Assembly: GCF_009914755.1 (NCBI RefSeq)
Contig: NC_060939.1
DNA: 64,000 bases
Origin: the human T2T-CHM13v2.0 reference genome, Homo sapiens
Reading direction: 5' to 3' (one strand)
Shown: piece after piece, positions 38,504 to 52,194 of the stretch
Layout of the letters: each line of letters starts with the position of its first letter
How positions within the stretch are numbered: position 1 is the first letter of the stretch
Translations under genes and position numbers: made by a program
Notes under the pieces: generated by a model
Told to the model about the DNA's origin: nothing
The model's input: only the letters and a program-made list of their open reading frames with translations
The model's database searches: none

Positions 38504-39407
38504 TAAAGTCTGTATCTTGTTCAAGAGTTGATGAGACGCGTGAGTGCCAGCCACATGAAACGAATTGGCAAGACTTTAAAAGCAGCCATTCTTATTTTAG
38601 AGTAGAAATAGCATTTATCATCAGATTGTTAGACTATAAGACCCATGAGAGTAAAACTCAGGTCTTCCTTGTTTATTATCGTATCTTCAGCTTGTGGGCA
38701 CCAAAGGTGCATTGTGGGTGCCTGATAACCACTGGAGGAATAAATTCTTCCTTTCTCTATTTCTGGTTCCTGGGAGGCCTCACAGAGAGAACCTAGCCAG
38801 CATGTATGCGTGTAACCAGCAGGGCAGAAAATAAGCTCAACTGAGGTATTTATTATGTAATACTCAACTCAAATACTCATTTTATTTACATAAATTCTGC
38901 CTTGTGCCCAAGAACTAGTGAATATGAAATCTTAATAAAATCTTAATATTTTCATAAATATTTTGTTCATATTGTTTCACATTTTTCAATCTGAGGAATT
39001 CTAATATGTTGTAGAAAAGGGTGAAAAACAAGCTTTTTATGATAAAAATGCATACAAATGGAGTTATGTTATGGAAAGCATTAGTTAATACTGTATAGAA
39101 GATTATATATCATTCTGATTGCTTTCAAGTTTTGGGTGAAAAAAAACAGTTCTTGACTACCTTTAAAATTATATAGTTAAAACTCTCCTTTTCCACATTG
39201 CTTTTCTTTGATGGGAACTAAAAAAGCATGGTAAATTGTCAACAGGGAGTCGGATGTATTAGAAATAATAATGCAGGAGCATACTAGGGCCGAGGAAAGG
39301 AACTTGCACGTTTGATATGTTCGAGAACCTAATGGCATCTTGGGTGGAATTTTAGAGAGACAGGACTGTTTGAGGTCCAGTGGGTTTTGAAAGAGGAGAG
39401 AACTCAG

Positions 39408-39696
39408 GCCGGGTGCAGTGGCTTACGCCTGTAATCCCAGCACTTTGGAAGGCTGAGGCAGGAGGATCATTTGAGGTCAGGAGTTCAAGATCAGCCTGGG
39501 GGCCAACATGGTGAAACTCCGTCTCTACTAAAAAAATACACAAAAATTAGCCAGGCTTGGTGGTGCGTGCCTATAATCCCAGCCACTCAGGAGGCTGAGA
39601 CAGGAGAACCACGTGAACCCAGTTGCAGTGAGCTGAGATCGCGCCACTGCCCTCCAGCCTGGGCAACAGAGCAAGACTCCATCTCAAAAAAAAAAA
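39408..39696 (+). mobile_element. Alu (AluS-like)
   Basis: Sense dimer. Confidence 0.9.
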
Positions 39697-42600
39697 GCTG
39701 GGACAAGAAGGGCTCAAAGTGAGCAACTAGGCATAGACATAATGGTGGTTATAGATAAGCCTCACCAGAGAAATGGAATAAATTTCATATGCTCAGAACA
39801 ACTCCACCTTGAACCCTTTCCTTTGAACATCTTAACCCCAGTATCTGGGACCACTCAGTTGGGTTCCTGAAGTTCCCCGTCCTGCATAGCCCATGGAATC
39901 CACTTCTGGTGGCCAGGCCTCCTATGCCCTCCCTGAGTTCCTGCTGGGTGGATGGGGATGGAGATCCTCTCCACCAGGCTCCTTAGTGTGTATGATGAAT
40001 ACATCTAGATGTTGTCATAGTCTGAATTTTTTGCAATGACAAAACAGTTTTATTTCAGGATGAAAACGCAGTTCTACTTCTGTAGCTGTTTGAGACGTTG
40101 TTGGCATGCAGCTTGTATGAGGCCTCTCCATTTCTGAAATGATTTAAACTAGGAGACACAGTATTGTATGTTCTGCCAAAGAAAAGTCATTAGCATGACA
40201 GGATAAATGTAAGACACCAAGGTTGAGAATGTGGATTGAAACGTTGACTCGCAGGACAAAAAGCGTGTGAAGTGCTTACTTCAGAGTGCACGATTTTACA
40301 GGCTTGTGTTGCTTGCAAAAGAAACGGAATCTGCTATTTATGCTGCTTTGTCTCTGGTTATTGCATTTTACTCCAAAAACTGGGTTATAAGGATATTGTA
40401 ATTGTTTATGGTGAAATGCATAGGATGGCACGTGGCTAGCTGGGTATTTTGAATTATTAATGTCATGGTGCTCGATGTTTTTAGTGGCCAATAAAGGCTT
40501 CCTGTTTATGATAAATCAGGGTGTAGGATTTGTTTCATTATGTTTGTACACTACATAGTATTTTAATTAAAATATAATGTTGAAGTTACTTCAAGGCCTT
40601 ATTTTAGACTGACTTTAAAAGGAAATGGAAGAGTCCATGTGGTAAGGCTTGTGAGTCATACAGTCCCCGTCGTCTGTGTGGAGGCCGTGGGGACCAGATC
40701 TGGCACGCAGAACCCCAAATCCCATGTCCTTGACAGACGGGTGGGGGTGATATTTTAGAATGCAGCCAACCTCTTTAACAACTGCCCTTGAGTGTTCAAA
40801 TATAGAAATTGGAGTTCTGTTACCATTTTGTTCAAATGAAAGGTACTGCTAAAAGAAATACTTCTGTCTGTGTTTCCGCTTACTGCACTGGCATCCTGTT
40901 AGAAGTGATGTTCCTCAGGGAATCCTTTCATCTCCAAAAAGGATGGCAGACTTATGCTTTTCCAAGGAGTCGTTTTCCTTTGTTGTACTTTTTAAAAATC
41001 CAGGCAAGGAGGAGAGGTAATGGAAGGTCTTCGTGACAGGGAAGTCATCATCATGTTTAAATAAAAGAGTTCTTACAAGATCCCAGGTTTGTCATTGCCA
41101 CCAGGCTTCCCTGAACCTTCTACCTCACCAGCAAGATAGATCACGAGTAGAATGTTCCACCAGATATGTAAAAGAACACAGTATTAGTGACACGTATATT
41201 TTTATAATCTTTTTTTTTTTTGCAAATTGTTAATGCCCTTGGATTTTAGAGATTTTACAATAAAAGACAAATTTTACTGTTTACTGTTTTTACTTTTATA
41301 ATAAAATCTCATTTAGAATTCAGGAGAGCTGGAATTTTCCTTGGTACTTATGTAATAAGAAAATGATGAGCATGAGCCAGATTTAAGAGGAATGCTGACT
41401 CTTTTTTTAAAAATTGTGGTAAAAGAGACATAAAGGTTGCCATTTTAACTATTTTTAAATGTACAGTGCTGTGGCATTGAGGACATGTGCCTTGTGCAGC
41501 CATCACCACCATTCATCTCTAGAACTTCATCTTCTCAAACTGAGATTCTGCACTCATTGTATGGAATGTTCACATTAAAAGTGCCATTTACATCTGAGAT
41601 GCTCAGGCTGGTGCTGGGGACAGACTCCTTCCAAATTGCTTTTCCCTGTGAGCTAAAGGAGGGGGTGGTGATAACTAATGTGACTGGGCAGCTACACACC
41701 AGCTTTGTTAGTTCAGAGCCCCATTTTACACACGAGAGAACGGACACCCAGAGCAGGGTTGGACCACTTGCCCCAGACTTTTTAGCTGCAGTGGTGGAAT
41801 TCAGACAGTTGTGCCTGATGCAGAAGCTGTGCAGACTACCTCAATTCAGCGATGCTTCTGCCAGCTTCTGTAATTCACTGAGCTCACCGTGCTTCTCCAC
41901 GTTTAGTCCATATCCCAGACTCTGATAGGCTTATCGCAAGCAGCTCTCTTGGCAGTTTCCATTCTGAGTTAAGTCATTAACCTCTCTCAGAGCTTTAGTT
42001 TCCTTCTCTATGAAATAAAGTGGACCATCTGTGTGATTCTCTAAGGGCCTTTTCATTTCTATCCTGTGTTTGGTATATTTCCACAAATGATGCTATGAAC
42101 TTTTTAAGCTTTTAAAAAGGACGGGGTGGGGGGATAGAAGGTTTCTGGTTGCAGAATGGAAAGTAGGAAATACAAGGAAAACAGAAGGTAAGACGGGCAC
42201 AAAGAGAGGATTAGGCCCAGGAGAACAGAACTGAAGATGCCATCAAGGAGGGGCCAAAGGGCTGCTTCGCTGCTTCATGGGGTCTGCCCAGCGGAAAGTG
42301 TCTGTTTAACACACTTCCATTTTGAATGTTTGCAAAACACATTTAAGGGAGTAAACAGCAAGAGTGGGCAGTGCTGAGCCAGAGCTGATGGAATAAGTGG
42401 GCCAGCATTCAGGTTTCAGTTCACATGTGGCCTTGTGGTGTCCTGGGGCTGCATTTGACTCCACTTAGGCCTCGCTGTTTATGGAAACAGGAAAGTGGCC
42501 TGGATGGGTGAAGGACTACAAGTGCAGGAGAGAGGATTAAGGCTGGCCTGCCCCAGCCTGTCAGTTTCACTCACTGCCTATTTAATTCTTGCAGCAGTCC

Positions 42601-43500
42601 CAGAGGCAAGCCTTACTCCACCTTTCTATGGCCGTGGAGAGGGTGCTACAGGTGCAAGGCAGAGCTGGGTTCAGACCTTGTGCTGTCTGATTGCAGAGCG
42701 TACTCTTCTTTCTATGTCCTCTACGAATCTCCACCTTCCCTCCCCTGTCCCCGACCTCCTCATGGTCATGACCACATACTCCAGGTTACTTACAGAATCC
42801 CTGTTTTAGTCCAGCATTAAGAGAGAGGACTCTAAGCTCTCATGTCTGGGTACAGGGCCTCAGACGATGGCATCAAGCAGGCTCACTTGCTCTCAGCTTT
42901 GCTTTCTTCCTTGTGTAATTCTCAAGGAGGCCCCAGGCTCAGCAGAAGAGGGTGCTGACATCCTAGGGAGGACTGGGATTGACCAGGCTTGGGTCCTAGG
43001 CTTATCCCCTAAGAAGTCACTCTGGCCAGGAGGATTCAATACTCTTATTGCCCAGACCTGGACATGTATTCACACCTAGAGTTCAAGGACTGGGAGGCAG
43101 AGGGATGCTCCAAAAAGACAGAACAGGTCATACACGTTCTCTATCCCCAGTAAGTCACTATCCAAGAACTTCCTGGCAAACATCTCAGCAGTTTTAGTGC
43201 AGGAGCTAAATGTAGCATTGCTGTCTCAGATTCACAGTCATTTGCAAGTCAGTGTCAAGCAGGCAAACTCACCAACCATCTGTGTCTCCTCCACTATAGC
43301 ACTTGTATGAACTCATCCTACAAAGAGATAAAACAATTAGAAATTAGATACTTGAGTTTCTAGTTCTAAGAAATATTTTTCAGCCTTGGCAATCAAATTG
43401 ATAATTAAATTCAATATTTAAAGTTTTTTTTTCCCCAACAGAGAATTCATGAAATCTGTACCTTAACTTTTGGCTGGGTTTCTTGGAAATGGAATGGTGA

Positions 43501-43827
<327 letters not shown>

Positions 43828-46800
43828 TAGATGTTTTATATAAGCCAGCTTGTGCAGTCTGCTCAAATGCCCTGTGGAGGAGGTAGCTTTCTAACCATTC
43901 GACAGATATTTGTGCAGTTGTAGAGAGAAGGCAGCATTTTCTGGCTTTTCCAACATGTTAAATAATTACAGAATGCCAAAAGAATCTCCATTATTATTAG
44001 AACAGTTTCATGCACAATTATACTCAGATAAGTTCAAGCAAATTATTCTATTTTACTTGTAGCAGATCCAAAGAGATTTAATTTTATATTTTTTAGGACT
44101 ATAACTTTTCCTCTGAAAAATGGAAGGTAAAATTTTTTAAATTTTAAAAAATTAAAATGAAGTCATCATGTCAGGTCTTGTTTATTTTTGCTTTGGCACA
44201 GAGAAAGGGTATATGGTAGGAGAGAATAGTCTTGAATGTCATAAAGTATTACGTTCTTTTGAAGGTAGATTTTGACATGACACAGAGGGCCCTTCCTTGA
44301 ACCACTATTTGAAAAGAATTTCAAACATCTAGGATAGAATGAAGCATCATACATTAAGGGTGGATGCTGCTTTACAAAAATTAGGTAAAGCTTGTCTTGA
44401 TATGTATTGAAATGAGTGAATAGGTTTAGGAAAGGCTACATTGATTAGCAGGTATTTCACCACACCAAGCCCTTTTGTAAGTTATGTTTTCCTAAAATGC
44501 CCTTGTTACTCTGTGCATTATGGTATCATCATCTCGCATGGGACCTGGGCCTTCCAGAGCCTCTGCTGTTAGCTCTGCTCCTGTGTCCTTGCTTGAACAG
44601 ATATCCCCCAGGCTGCTACTTCCAGCCACTTGTCTTCCTCTGCACTGTGGCAGGAGAAAGAATGAGGAGAGCTCAGGGACTGGTCTTTCTTAACATAGAT
44701 ATCCAGTTTCAGGAAGATTTTTCTTTGTAATTAACCCTGAGAGGTTGACCTTTTATGCCCTGCTTATTAGCATGTTCCAAAGTTCCCTGAAACTCAATAT
44801 ATTCCCAAACTAAACTTATTTCCTACTGAAACAGACAAAAATCCAACTCTACCTATTATCTCCTTCCCAACCTCCCAATTTGTGCCAATTTTCTCAACAC
44901 TTACCTATAGAATTGTCTTTGAATCTCTCCCTGTGCCCCTCTACCTGCTACATGCATGTGGGATAAGAGCAACACTCTTCTGCAAAGCACTTCTTCCCAC
45001 CCAGCACCCTCCTTCCCATTGCCACTCTCACCACCCACCTCCACCTTGTCGGATCTTGTGTGCGTTCCCAAGCCTTTCCACACTCTGTTTCCTCCTTGTT
45101 TTTACGCCCCTGCCGCTGCCTACCATCAAACCCTCGCTCCAGCCAGGGCGGGCTCCAGTGCCGTGTTCAAGAGAGACTCTCCCTCCCCTGCTGCTATTGC
45201 CTTTCTTCATGTTTTTAAATCTCCTCTCCTTTGACATTGGCTTTGAGCTCCACCTTCTACCTGAAGCTTTTTCCGACTTTCAGGTCCCCATTTCGATCAT
45301 TCTCTTTGCTGTACCTCAATGAACTTGACCATAATATTAATTTTGCCTACATTTATACTTGGTTTTAGTGTTATTTCTTGTTTTGAATCTCATTTCCTTC
45401 ATTATTTCCCCAAAGACCTGTAACTCAAGAGCACATGGTTTACCCTCCTTACATCCAGTGTTACTTGAAGGGACTGAGCCTACTTTTAATGCTGTATTTG
45501 GTATGTTTTCTTTTATAACCACTGTTGAGAGAATACCTGGACTGTGCCCAGGTTTTAGAAACTTCCAGGGGTTATAATGAGCTGCTTATAAATGACCCTT
45601 TTAATCAAATTAGTTAAAAATTAGAAAAAGGAAAAAATATACAGCAGACATTACTAACCTTTAAATTTTTATCCACATAGCACCAAAACAGCGGATACTT
45701 TAAAATGTGTTTTCTTTGTTTTCACCATTGGAATGAACAACCAATAGAAGTCTGTTTGTGAAATTTTACTTAGTATAATGCTAAAAAATTTTCCAAATCT
45801 ACAAACGTGTTTTTGTTTTTTTTGACAGTTCCTCAAAACAAAGTTGTATTTTAAGGAACAATAAGTACATTTTAGGTGATTGATGCTTTTTTCCTCCTCT
45901 TCCTCATAATTAAAATATAAAGCACGTTTGTTAAGTTTTGGCTAAAAGGTTTGCCTGGGGCAAAAGTATTCCACATGACCGAGGGACTGTGTTTTCTGGC
46001 TGGTCCTATTTACGCACCTGCTTCCCTTGCATAGTCAGTCTTTTTATTCTGAGGCTTTTCTCTAAAGTTTAATTTTTATTTTTTTAATGTTTATCTAAAG
46101 TTTATAAAGTTATTAGGATTTCTCAGTATCCTCAGACCTCATCCTTCAGTTAACATTCACGTTACCTTGTGTATTTATCTTCTTCCTATGTCTTAAGATA
46201 TTTCCACTAGGAATTCTAACTCTGAAATATTTAAAATGTTGACTTCAAAGTCAGTGGAACTGTGCCAAGCGTGCTTCTCTGAAGATAAATGGGAGAGCTC
46301 CTGACAAAGGACAAAGTCAAGGCCCATTAACTTAAACAGGATGCAGTGTGTCTCAGGGAGGCCAGGCTTGTTCATGGTTGTAGAAGGAAAAGCAAGCCTT
46401 ACATTAAAACAAAAACAAACAGATTTTAACTTTATAAGTGATCGTTCCCATGAGACACCATCTCCTTGGCGCTGTCAGCCTCCATTGCAGGAACTTCCTG
46501 CCTCAGTGCTTCCTCTTGCTGCTGAGATGGCTGCCAAACCCTCGGTTTCAGGGTGCTCTTGGGGGCATGTCCCATTCCCATATGCTGAGTGGGAATGGAA
46601 ACCCAAATTCGTGCTGATCAACCTGTACTCAGCATAGCCTGTGACTGCAAAAGGATGGTAGACATTGGGAGAGGCTGAGAGCAAAAACTTGCAAAGGGGA
46701 TTACTGCACACATCGCACTGCCCGTGACAAAGAGTAATGATTCAGGGCTGTGGCTTCCCCCGGTAAAAATTGGGAGACTTTAATTTCTTGTGCTCTGTTT

Positions 46801-47189
46801 TAAGAAAATCTTACATCATGCTTAAAAATGTTAATGCTTGCATGCTTACTAAATATTAGTACGGTCTTTGTTTTTGCTGCAAGAGATTCTGTTCCTGTCT
46901 AGATCCCCAAGGTGATGGTAAACTTCGAATGGATTATATGTCCACTGGAATGATGACTGTGTCTGAAATTTAATTTTAATTTGTTCAAAAACAGCTTTTG
47001 GCTAGAATCACATTCTGTTCAAAGCAAAAGGTGCCCCCCAACTCACTGATCCCTGAGCCTGGAAATTGTTAACTTGCCCAAAGGGAGATACAATTTTATC
47101 TACCCTTGTGGAGCTTACATCGTCATTGTAAGTGTAGGGCATGCCACGGTGCAGTTAAACACATCCACCTTCCTGTCATTAAGCATCTG

Positions 47190-48720
47190 AGTGGATGGCT
47201 CAGGAAAGAAAATTATGTCTGTAGACTGGAGGAGTCAAGAAATGTGAAAGGACGAGGTAGGACCGGAATGGACCTGTAGGACCCCAGAGTTGTCCAGGTG
47301 ATGACAAGGAGGGAGAACATTCCAGGCAGGGGATGTTTATGAGCCAGTGAGGGAAGAGCCTGAGCCACAGGAGCAGAAGGGCCACCTGGAGAGAAAAGAA
47401 AATGTTGGAATAGTCGGATGGGGCTAGATTGTGGACATGGACTTTTATCCTAAGCACAGTGATTGTCCAAAGAGTTTGATGAACAAAGCAGCATAAAAAA
47501 AGTTTGTTTTTTTTTTCTTTTTTCAAGGAAGATATATCTGTTGGGAAGGACGGATTGGAGTAGGGAGTGACATGAGTGGGACAGTTTATATAGATAGAAT
47601 TGGAAGGAAAACAGGTCTGGGAGAGAAGAGAAGAAGTCAGCTGTGGGCATTGATTATGCCTGAGGGATTCTCAGGTTCTGCCTTGGGAAAAAGGGAGAAG
47701 CTGGGATGGAAGCTGGTAGGCCATCAGAGTGTATGCTGTTAGCGTGAGTCAGGGTACAGCAATGGATTGACACCAGGTCAGTAGTCAAGAACCGTAACAC
47801 CTGCTTCCTTCTCAACCATAAGCTGATACACAGAAACCAACAGGATAGGACAGAACAGGTGGGAAGTTTGGGCAGCCAAGGTCCCTGTGGGGCAGTCTGA
47901 GCACCATGGAGGGGATGTACAGGCAGCAAGAGTAAGGTTTCCAGAAAGACTCTGGGTACCTGGATGGAGATGTTCATCATTGGGCAAACTGTGCGGGTTC
48001 ACAAACCAAACAGAAGGCAGGCCCTGATTAATTGTCCAAAAGATGCTGCCATTTGTAGCCCACCACAAAGCAACAGAAGTGGTGTCAGAGAAACAATGGG
48101 TCTGTAAAACATCTCAAAGATAGAAATGGTGAGACTTAGTGACTACAAGTGTGTGAGAGACAAAGGGGAGAGAAAGGTGAAAAATTCATCCTAGTTCCCA
48201 AGCCCATGAGATATAGGGCATGGTGATTGATAGAAACAGAAAGATTGGGGAACGAATATGAAGTGTCAAGTTTGGGAGATGTTACATGTGAAGGGATGGG
48301 GTGCTCAGGAGGAAGCATCAAAAGAAAGGAAGGGTGGGGAGGCTAGAGTTCAGATGAAATACTGGGGGCAAATGAACAAACATTTTAGAGAGTCTGGCCA
48401 CTCATTTATTCATTTAACAAATATTTATCATATAACTACTATATGTCAGCCACTGTGCTAGATGCTGGCATTGGACAAGTTCTATTAATACAAGGAAATC
48501 AATTTGAAGACAAAAGATGCCAGAAAGGGGTGAGGATTGAGCTTTGAGGGATGCCAACCTGTTGTGTGGGAGAAGAAAGAGGAGTGACCAAAGGAAACAG
48601 AAGAAGAGTGCCCAGAAAGAGCAGGGTAGATCTAGCTAATGTGGTATTAAGGGAACCAGAGGAGAACATTTTCAGAATGACATGATGTAGTCAACAGCAG
48701 ATATTTATTAAGCACCTTTT
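47190..48720 (-). mobile_element. Degenerate L2 fragments (mosaic)
   Basis: Purine-rich L2-like motifs (gagaacattccaggcaggg, ttcatttaacaaatatttat...tatgtcagccactgtgctag). Confidence 0.5.
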
Positions 48721-48937
48721 GCTGATGCAGAAAATACTTTGTTCTTCACCTCATCCCTTCAAAGGTAGAGAAGCCTCCCCTGGCCCCTGAAAACACAGCC
48801 TACCTGTGAGCTCTCTTTCATCCTGACTGCCAGGTTCCACAGGCAACAACTCCATTAACCATGCCTTAGCTACTGCCCTACATGTTGAATTTTGTTTTAT
48901 ATGTATTTTAAATCAGAATCCTTCCTGATTTTGCCCT

Positions 48938-49346
48938 TGATATGGTTTAGATATTTGTCTCCTCCAAATCTCATGTTGAAATGTGACCCCCAGTGTTGGA
49001 GATGGGGTCTGTTGGGAGCTGTTTGGGTCATGTGGGTGGATCCCTCATGAATGGCTTGGTGCCCTCCCCATGGTAATGAGTTCTCTTTCTGTTATATTAG
49101 TTCATATGAGAGCTGGTTGCTTAAAAAGAACCTGACATCTCTCTTGTTCTCTCCCCCACCATGTGACACGCTGCTTCCCCCTTCACCATCCATGAGAAAG
49201 GCTTCCTGAAGCCTCACCAGAAGTGGAGCAAGTACTGGTCCCATGCTTGTACAGCCTGCAGAACCATGAGCCAAATAAACCTCTGTTCTTTATAAATTAC
49301 TCAGTCTCAGGTATTCCTTTATAGCAACACAAAGTGGACCAATACA
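48938..49346 (+). mobile_element. MaLR LTR (MSTB-like), solo
   Basis: tgatatggttt...ccaaatctcatgttgaaatgtga...agccaaataaacctc...ctttatagcaac...aataca; 5-bp TSD gccct/gcccc. Confidence 0.85.
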
Positions 49347-50825
49347 GCCCCTGTTGTTCTGTGTCATTTGGGTATTTCCTTGAATTTACAGGTGGGCTGC
49401 TGAGTTCTCCCTAACTCAAATCTTTTCCCTTTTGGCCTGTTCGTCTTTCTTTTTAAGCCTCTAGTGTCACACATCTATTCTGCAGATGCTATGTGTGTTC
49501 TGAACTTGGGGCTGCACTAGCTCCCCGTCTGACTTCCTAATCCCTACTGCCTGGTCAGTGCCTGGGTTTGTTTTCATTTGTTTTGTTTTCTTGCCCTACC
49601 CTTTCCACACATGCCGACTTCCTGATTCTATTGCTTAACTAAGCCCTTGATACTATGTCCAACAGCTTTAATCCTGCCACCTGCTCAGACCTGTGGTAGA
49701 CTTGACCTCATTACTTACTTTTCTGTGACTTCTCCCTGCCGGTCTTCCACTTGCAACAGGACACTGCCTGTTGCTACCATGTTAGTATCCTTTCTTCTGA
49801 GCTATATCTTGAGTTCCTTAGAGGGAAGAAACACATGTCCCAAGAGTTTTGAGCCCTTACGATAGACTCTGATCAGAAACATCATGGATTCCATTTTCAG
49901 TGCAGCTGTACTCGCTGCACTGGTCATTTGGATGGGCCCGTGGTTTCAGTAGTAGGAGAATACATCAACTGTCTGCCTTCCTGCCTTCTCCCTCTGGCAA
50001 ATCCCCTTACCTAAGCCAACTCCCGGGACTGGGAGTTGACCAAAGTAGGATGGTCAAGAGGTCAAAGGATTCTGGGGTTTATAACGCCAAGGGCTGAAGA
50101 TGATGGACTGTGCTCAGGTACAGAGACATACGGATCAGAATTCTGGCCTGGAAGAAATGTGAGGGGGTACAGGTCATGATGATGGTTCTTCTACCGCCTC
50201 AGCATTCTCATCATTAATATCAAGACGTTTTGTCCCAATTCCAGTCCTTCTACATAAGTCTGAGCTCTTCAGTCAGATTTCAGTGTCAGAACCTGCCGTG
50301 GGACCCAAGGGCCAGCTGTACAGTCCTAGACTCATCTTGGCAAAATATGATGACACTCTACCTTGAGACTCTGTTGTAAAGTGAATATGTTTAGTCTCAC
50401 TGGTGAGAATGACCTTTCCCTGGAGAAGAGTGTACAGAAAATACCTACTTACACATTTAAGTCAGGACCACAGATTTCATGAAGTCCAGGGAGAATCTGA
50501 TGAAAACACGTGTTTAGTGGACATGGAAACAGATCAGTAGTTGACCAAGAGCAGACATTGCCGTTGCCCACATAGCTTGTACCCTGCCTGGTCTTGATCC
50601 CCTTCCTTCATCTGCCATGACATCTGTGTCCGAATTACTCACCTTACATATAGCCTTGCTTCTGCTCGTGCTCCCCTTTTATATGTATGTCTTGGCTCCC
50701 CAGTTAGACTCAGCTCCTGGAGGCCACCAAACATACTGCATTCATCTTTCTGTCCTCTAAAGGTTTCATGTCCGGTCCAAGGGAGATGCCCAGCAGCTGT
50801 TTTTTTAATGCATTAAAAAAAGATG

Positions 50826-51680
50826 AAGACCCCCAGTGGATACCTGAAACTGAGGATAGTCCTGAGCCCTGTACATGCAGCAAAACTAGCACAATTTTTT
50901 TTTCTTCGTAATTTCACAATTAGAAGATTTGTTCTTACTGTAGATCCTACCAACTTTGGCAGCAGTTGTCTTTTTTCTTATTAAGTTGAGAACTTCCTAT
51001 TCACTTAAAGGAAGCCCTGTACATGCAGCAAAATTAGCACAGTTTTTTTTTCTTTGTAATTTCACAGGTAGAAGATTTGTTCTTACTGTAGATCTTACCA
51101 ACTTCAGCAGCAGTTGTCTCTTTTCTTATTAAGTTGAGAACTTCCTATTCACTTAAAGGAAGCCCTGTACGTGCAGCAAAATTAGCACAATTTTTTTTTC
51201 TTCGTAATCTCACAGGTAGAAGATTTGTTCTTATTGTAGATCTTACCAACTTCAGCAGCAGTTGTCTGTTTTCTTATTAAGTTGGGAACTTCCTTTTCAC
51301 TTAAAGGAAGCATGTTGCAACTTCTCTTTGGCATATTCGAATTGTCAGCATCGCCTCTCTTGTGCTTTGGAGCCCCCGTGAAGTAAAATAAGGGTTACTT
51401 GAACACAAGTCTACAATACTATGACAATTGATCTGATAACCCAGCCAGCTACTAAGTGACTAATGGGCAGGTAGTGTAGACTCTGTATGCTGGACAAAGG
51501 GAGGGTTCACATCCCAGGTGGGACGGAGTGGGACAATGTGAGATTTCATCATGCTGCTCAGAATTAGGAATTGTTTATTTCTGGAATTTTCTATGTAATA
51601 TTTTCAGACTGCAGTTGAGCTGTAGGTAATTGAAACCGTGAAAAGCAAAACCATGAATCTGGTGGGGGGACTCCACTGTA
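50826..51680 (-). mobile_element. MER44 (Tigger7-family) element containing an internal triplication
   Basis: gacccccagtggatacctgaaactgaggatagt at one end and gaaaccgtgaaaagcaaaaccatg...ggggggact..ctgta at the other. Confidence 0.75.
50865..51311. repeat. Tandem repeat, 3 x 148 bp
   Basis: Units begin agccctgtac at 50865, 51013 and 51161; >90% identical by eye. Confidence 0.95.
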
Positions 51681-51684
51681 TATA

Positions 51685-52194
51685 CATATATAAGAGGAGA
51701 TTTTTTTTATGGGAGTTGCCTCACGTGATTATGGAGGCCAAGTCCATGATCTCCCATCTGCAAGCTGGAGACCCAGGAAAGGCTGTGATGTAATTCATCC
51801 CAGTCCAAAGGCCTGAGGACCAGGAGGAGCTGATGGTGCTGCATTCCCACTTGGAGGCCAAAGGCCTGAGAATCTTGCCGGGGGGTGAAAGTGGGCAGGG
51901 GAAGGATACAAGTGTATGTCCTGAAGTCTGAAGGTCTTAGAACCAGGAGTTCCAGTGTCCAAGGGCAGGAGATCGATGTCCCAGCTCAAGAAGAGAGAGA
52001 TAATTTTCCTGTTGTCCACCTTTTTGTTCTATCTGGGCCCTCAATGGATTAGATGATGCTTTCTTTACCCAGTCTACTGATTTAATACTAGTCTCTTCCA
52101 GAAGCACCCTCACAGACACACCCAGAAATAATGTTTTACCAGATGTCTGGGCATCCCTTATCCCAATCTAGTTGATACGTAAAATTAGCCATCA
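51685..52194 (-). mobile_element. ERVL LTR (MLT2-like)
   Basis: ctcacgtgattatggaggcc...ctgcaagctggagacccagg...cacagacacacccagaaataatgttt...aaaattagccatca. Confidence 0.82.

Noticed and set aside
50865-51311. Regularly spaced repeats as a possible CRISPR-like array
   Set aside because: The units are head-to-tail with no unique spacers and lie in a eukaryotic DNA transposon.
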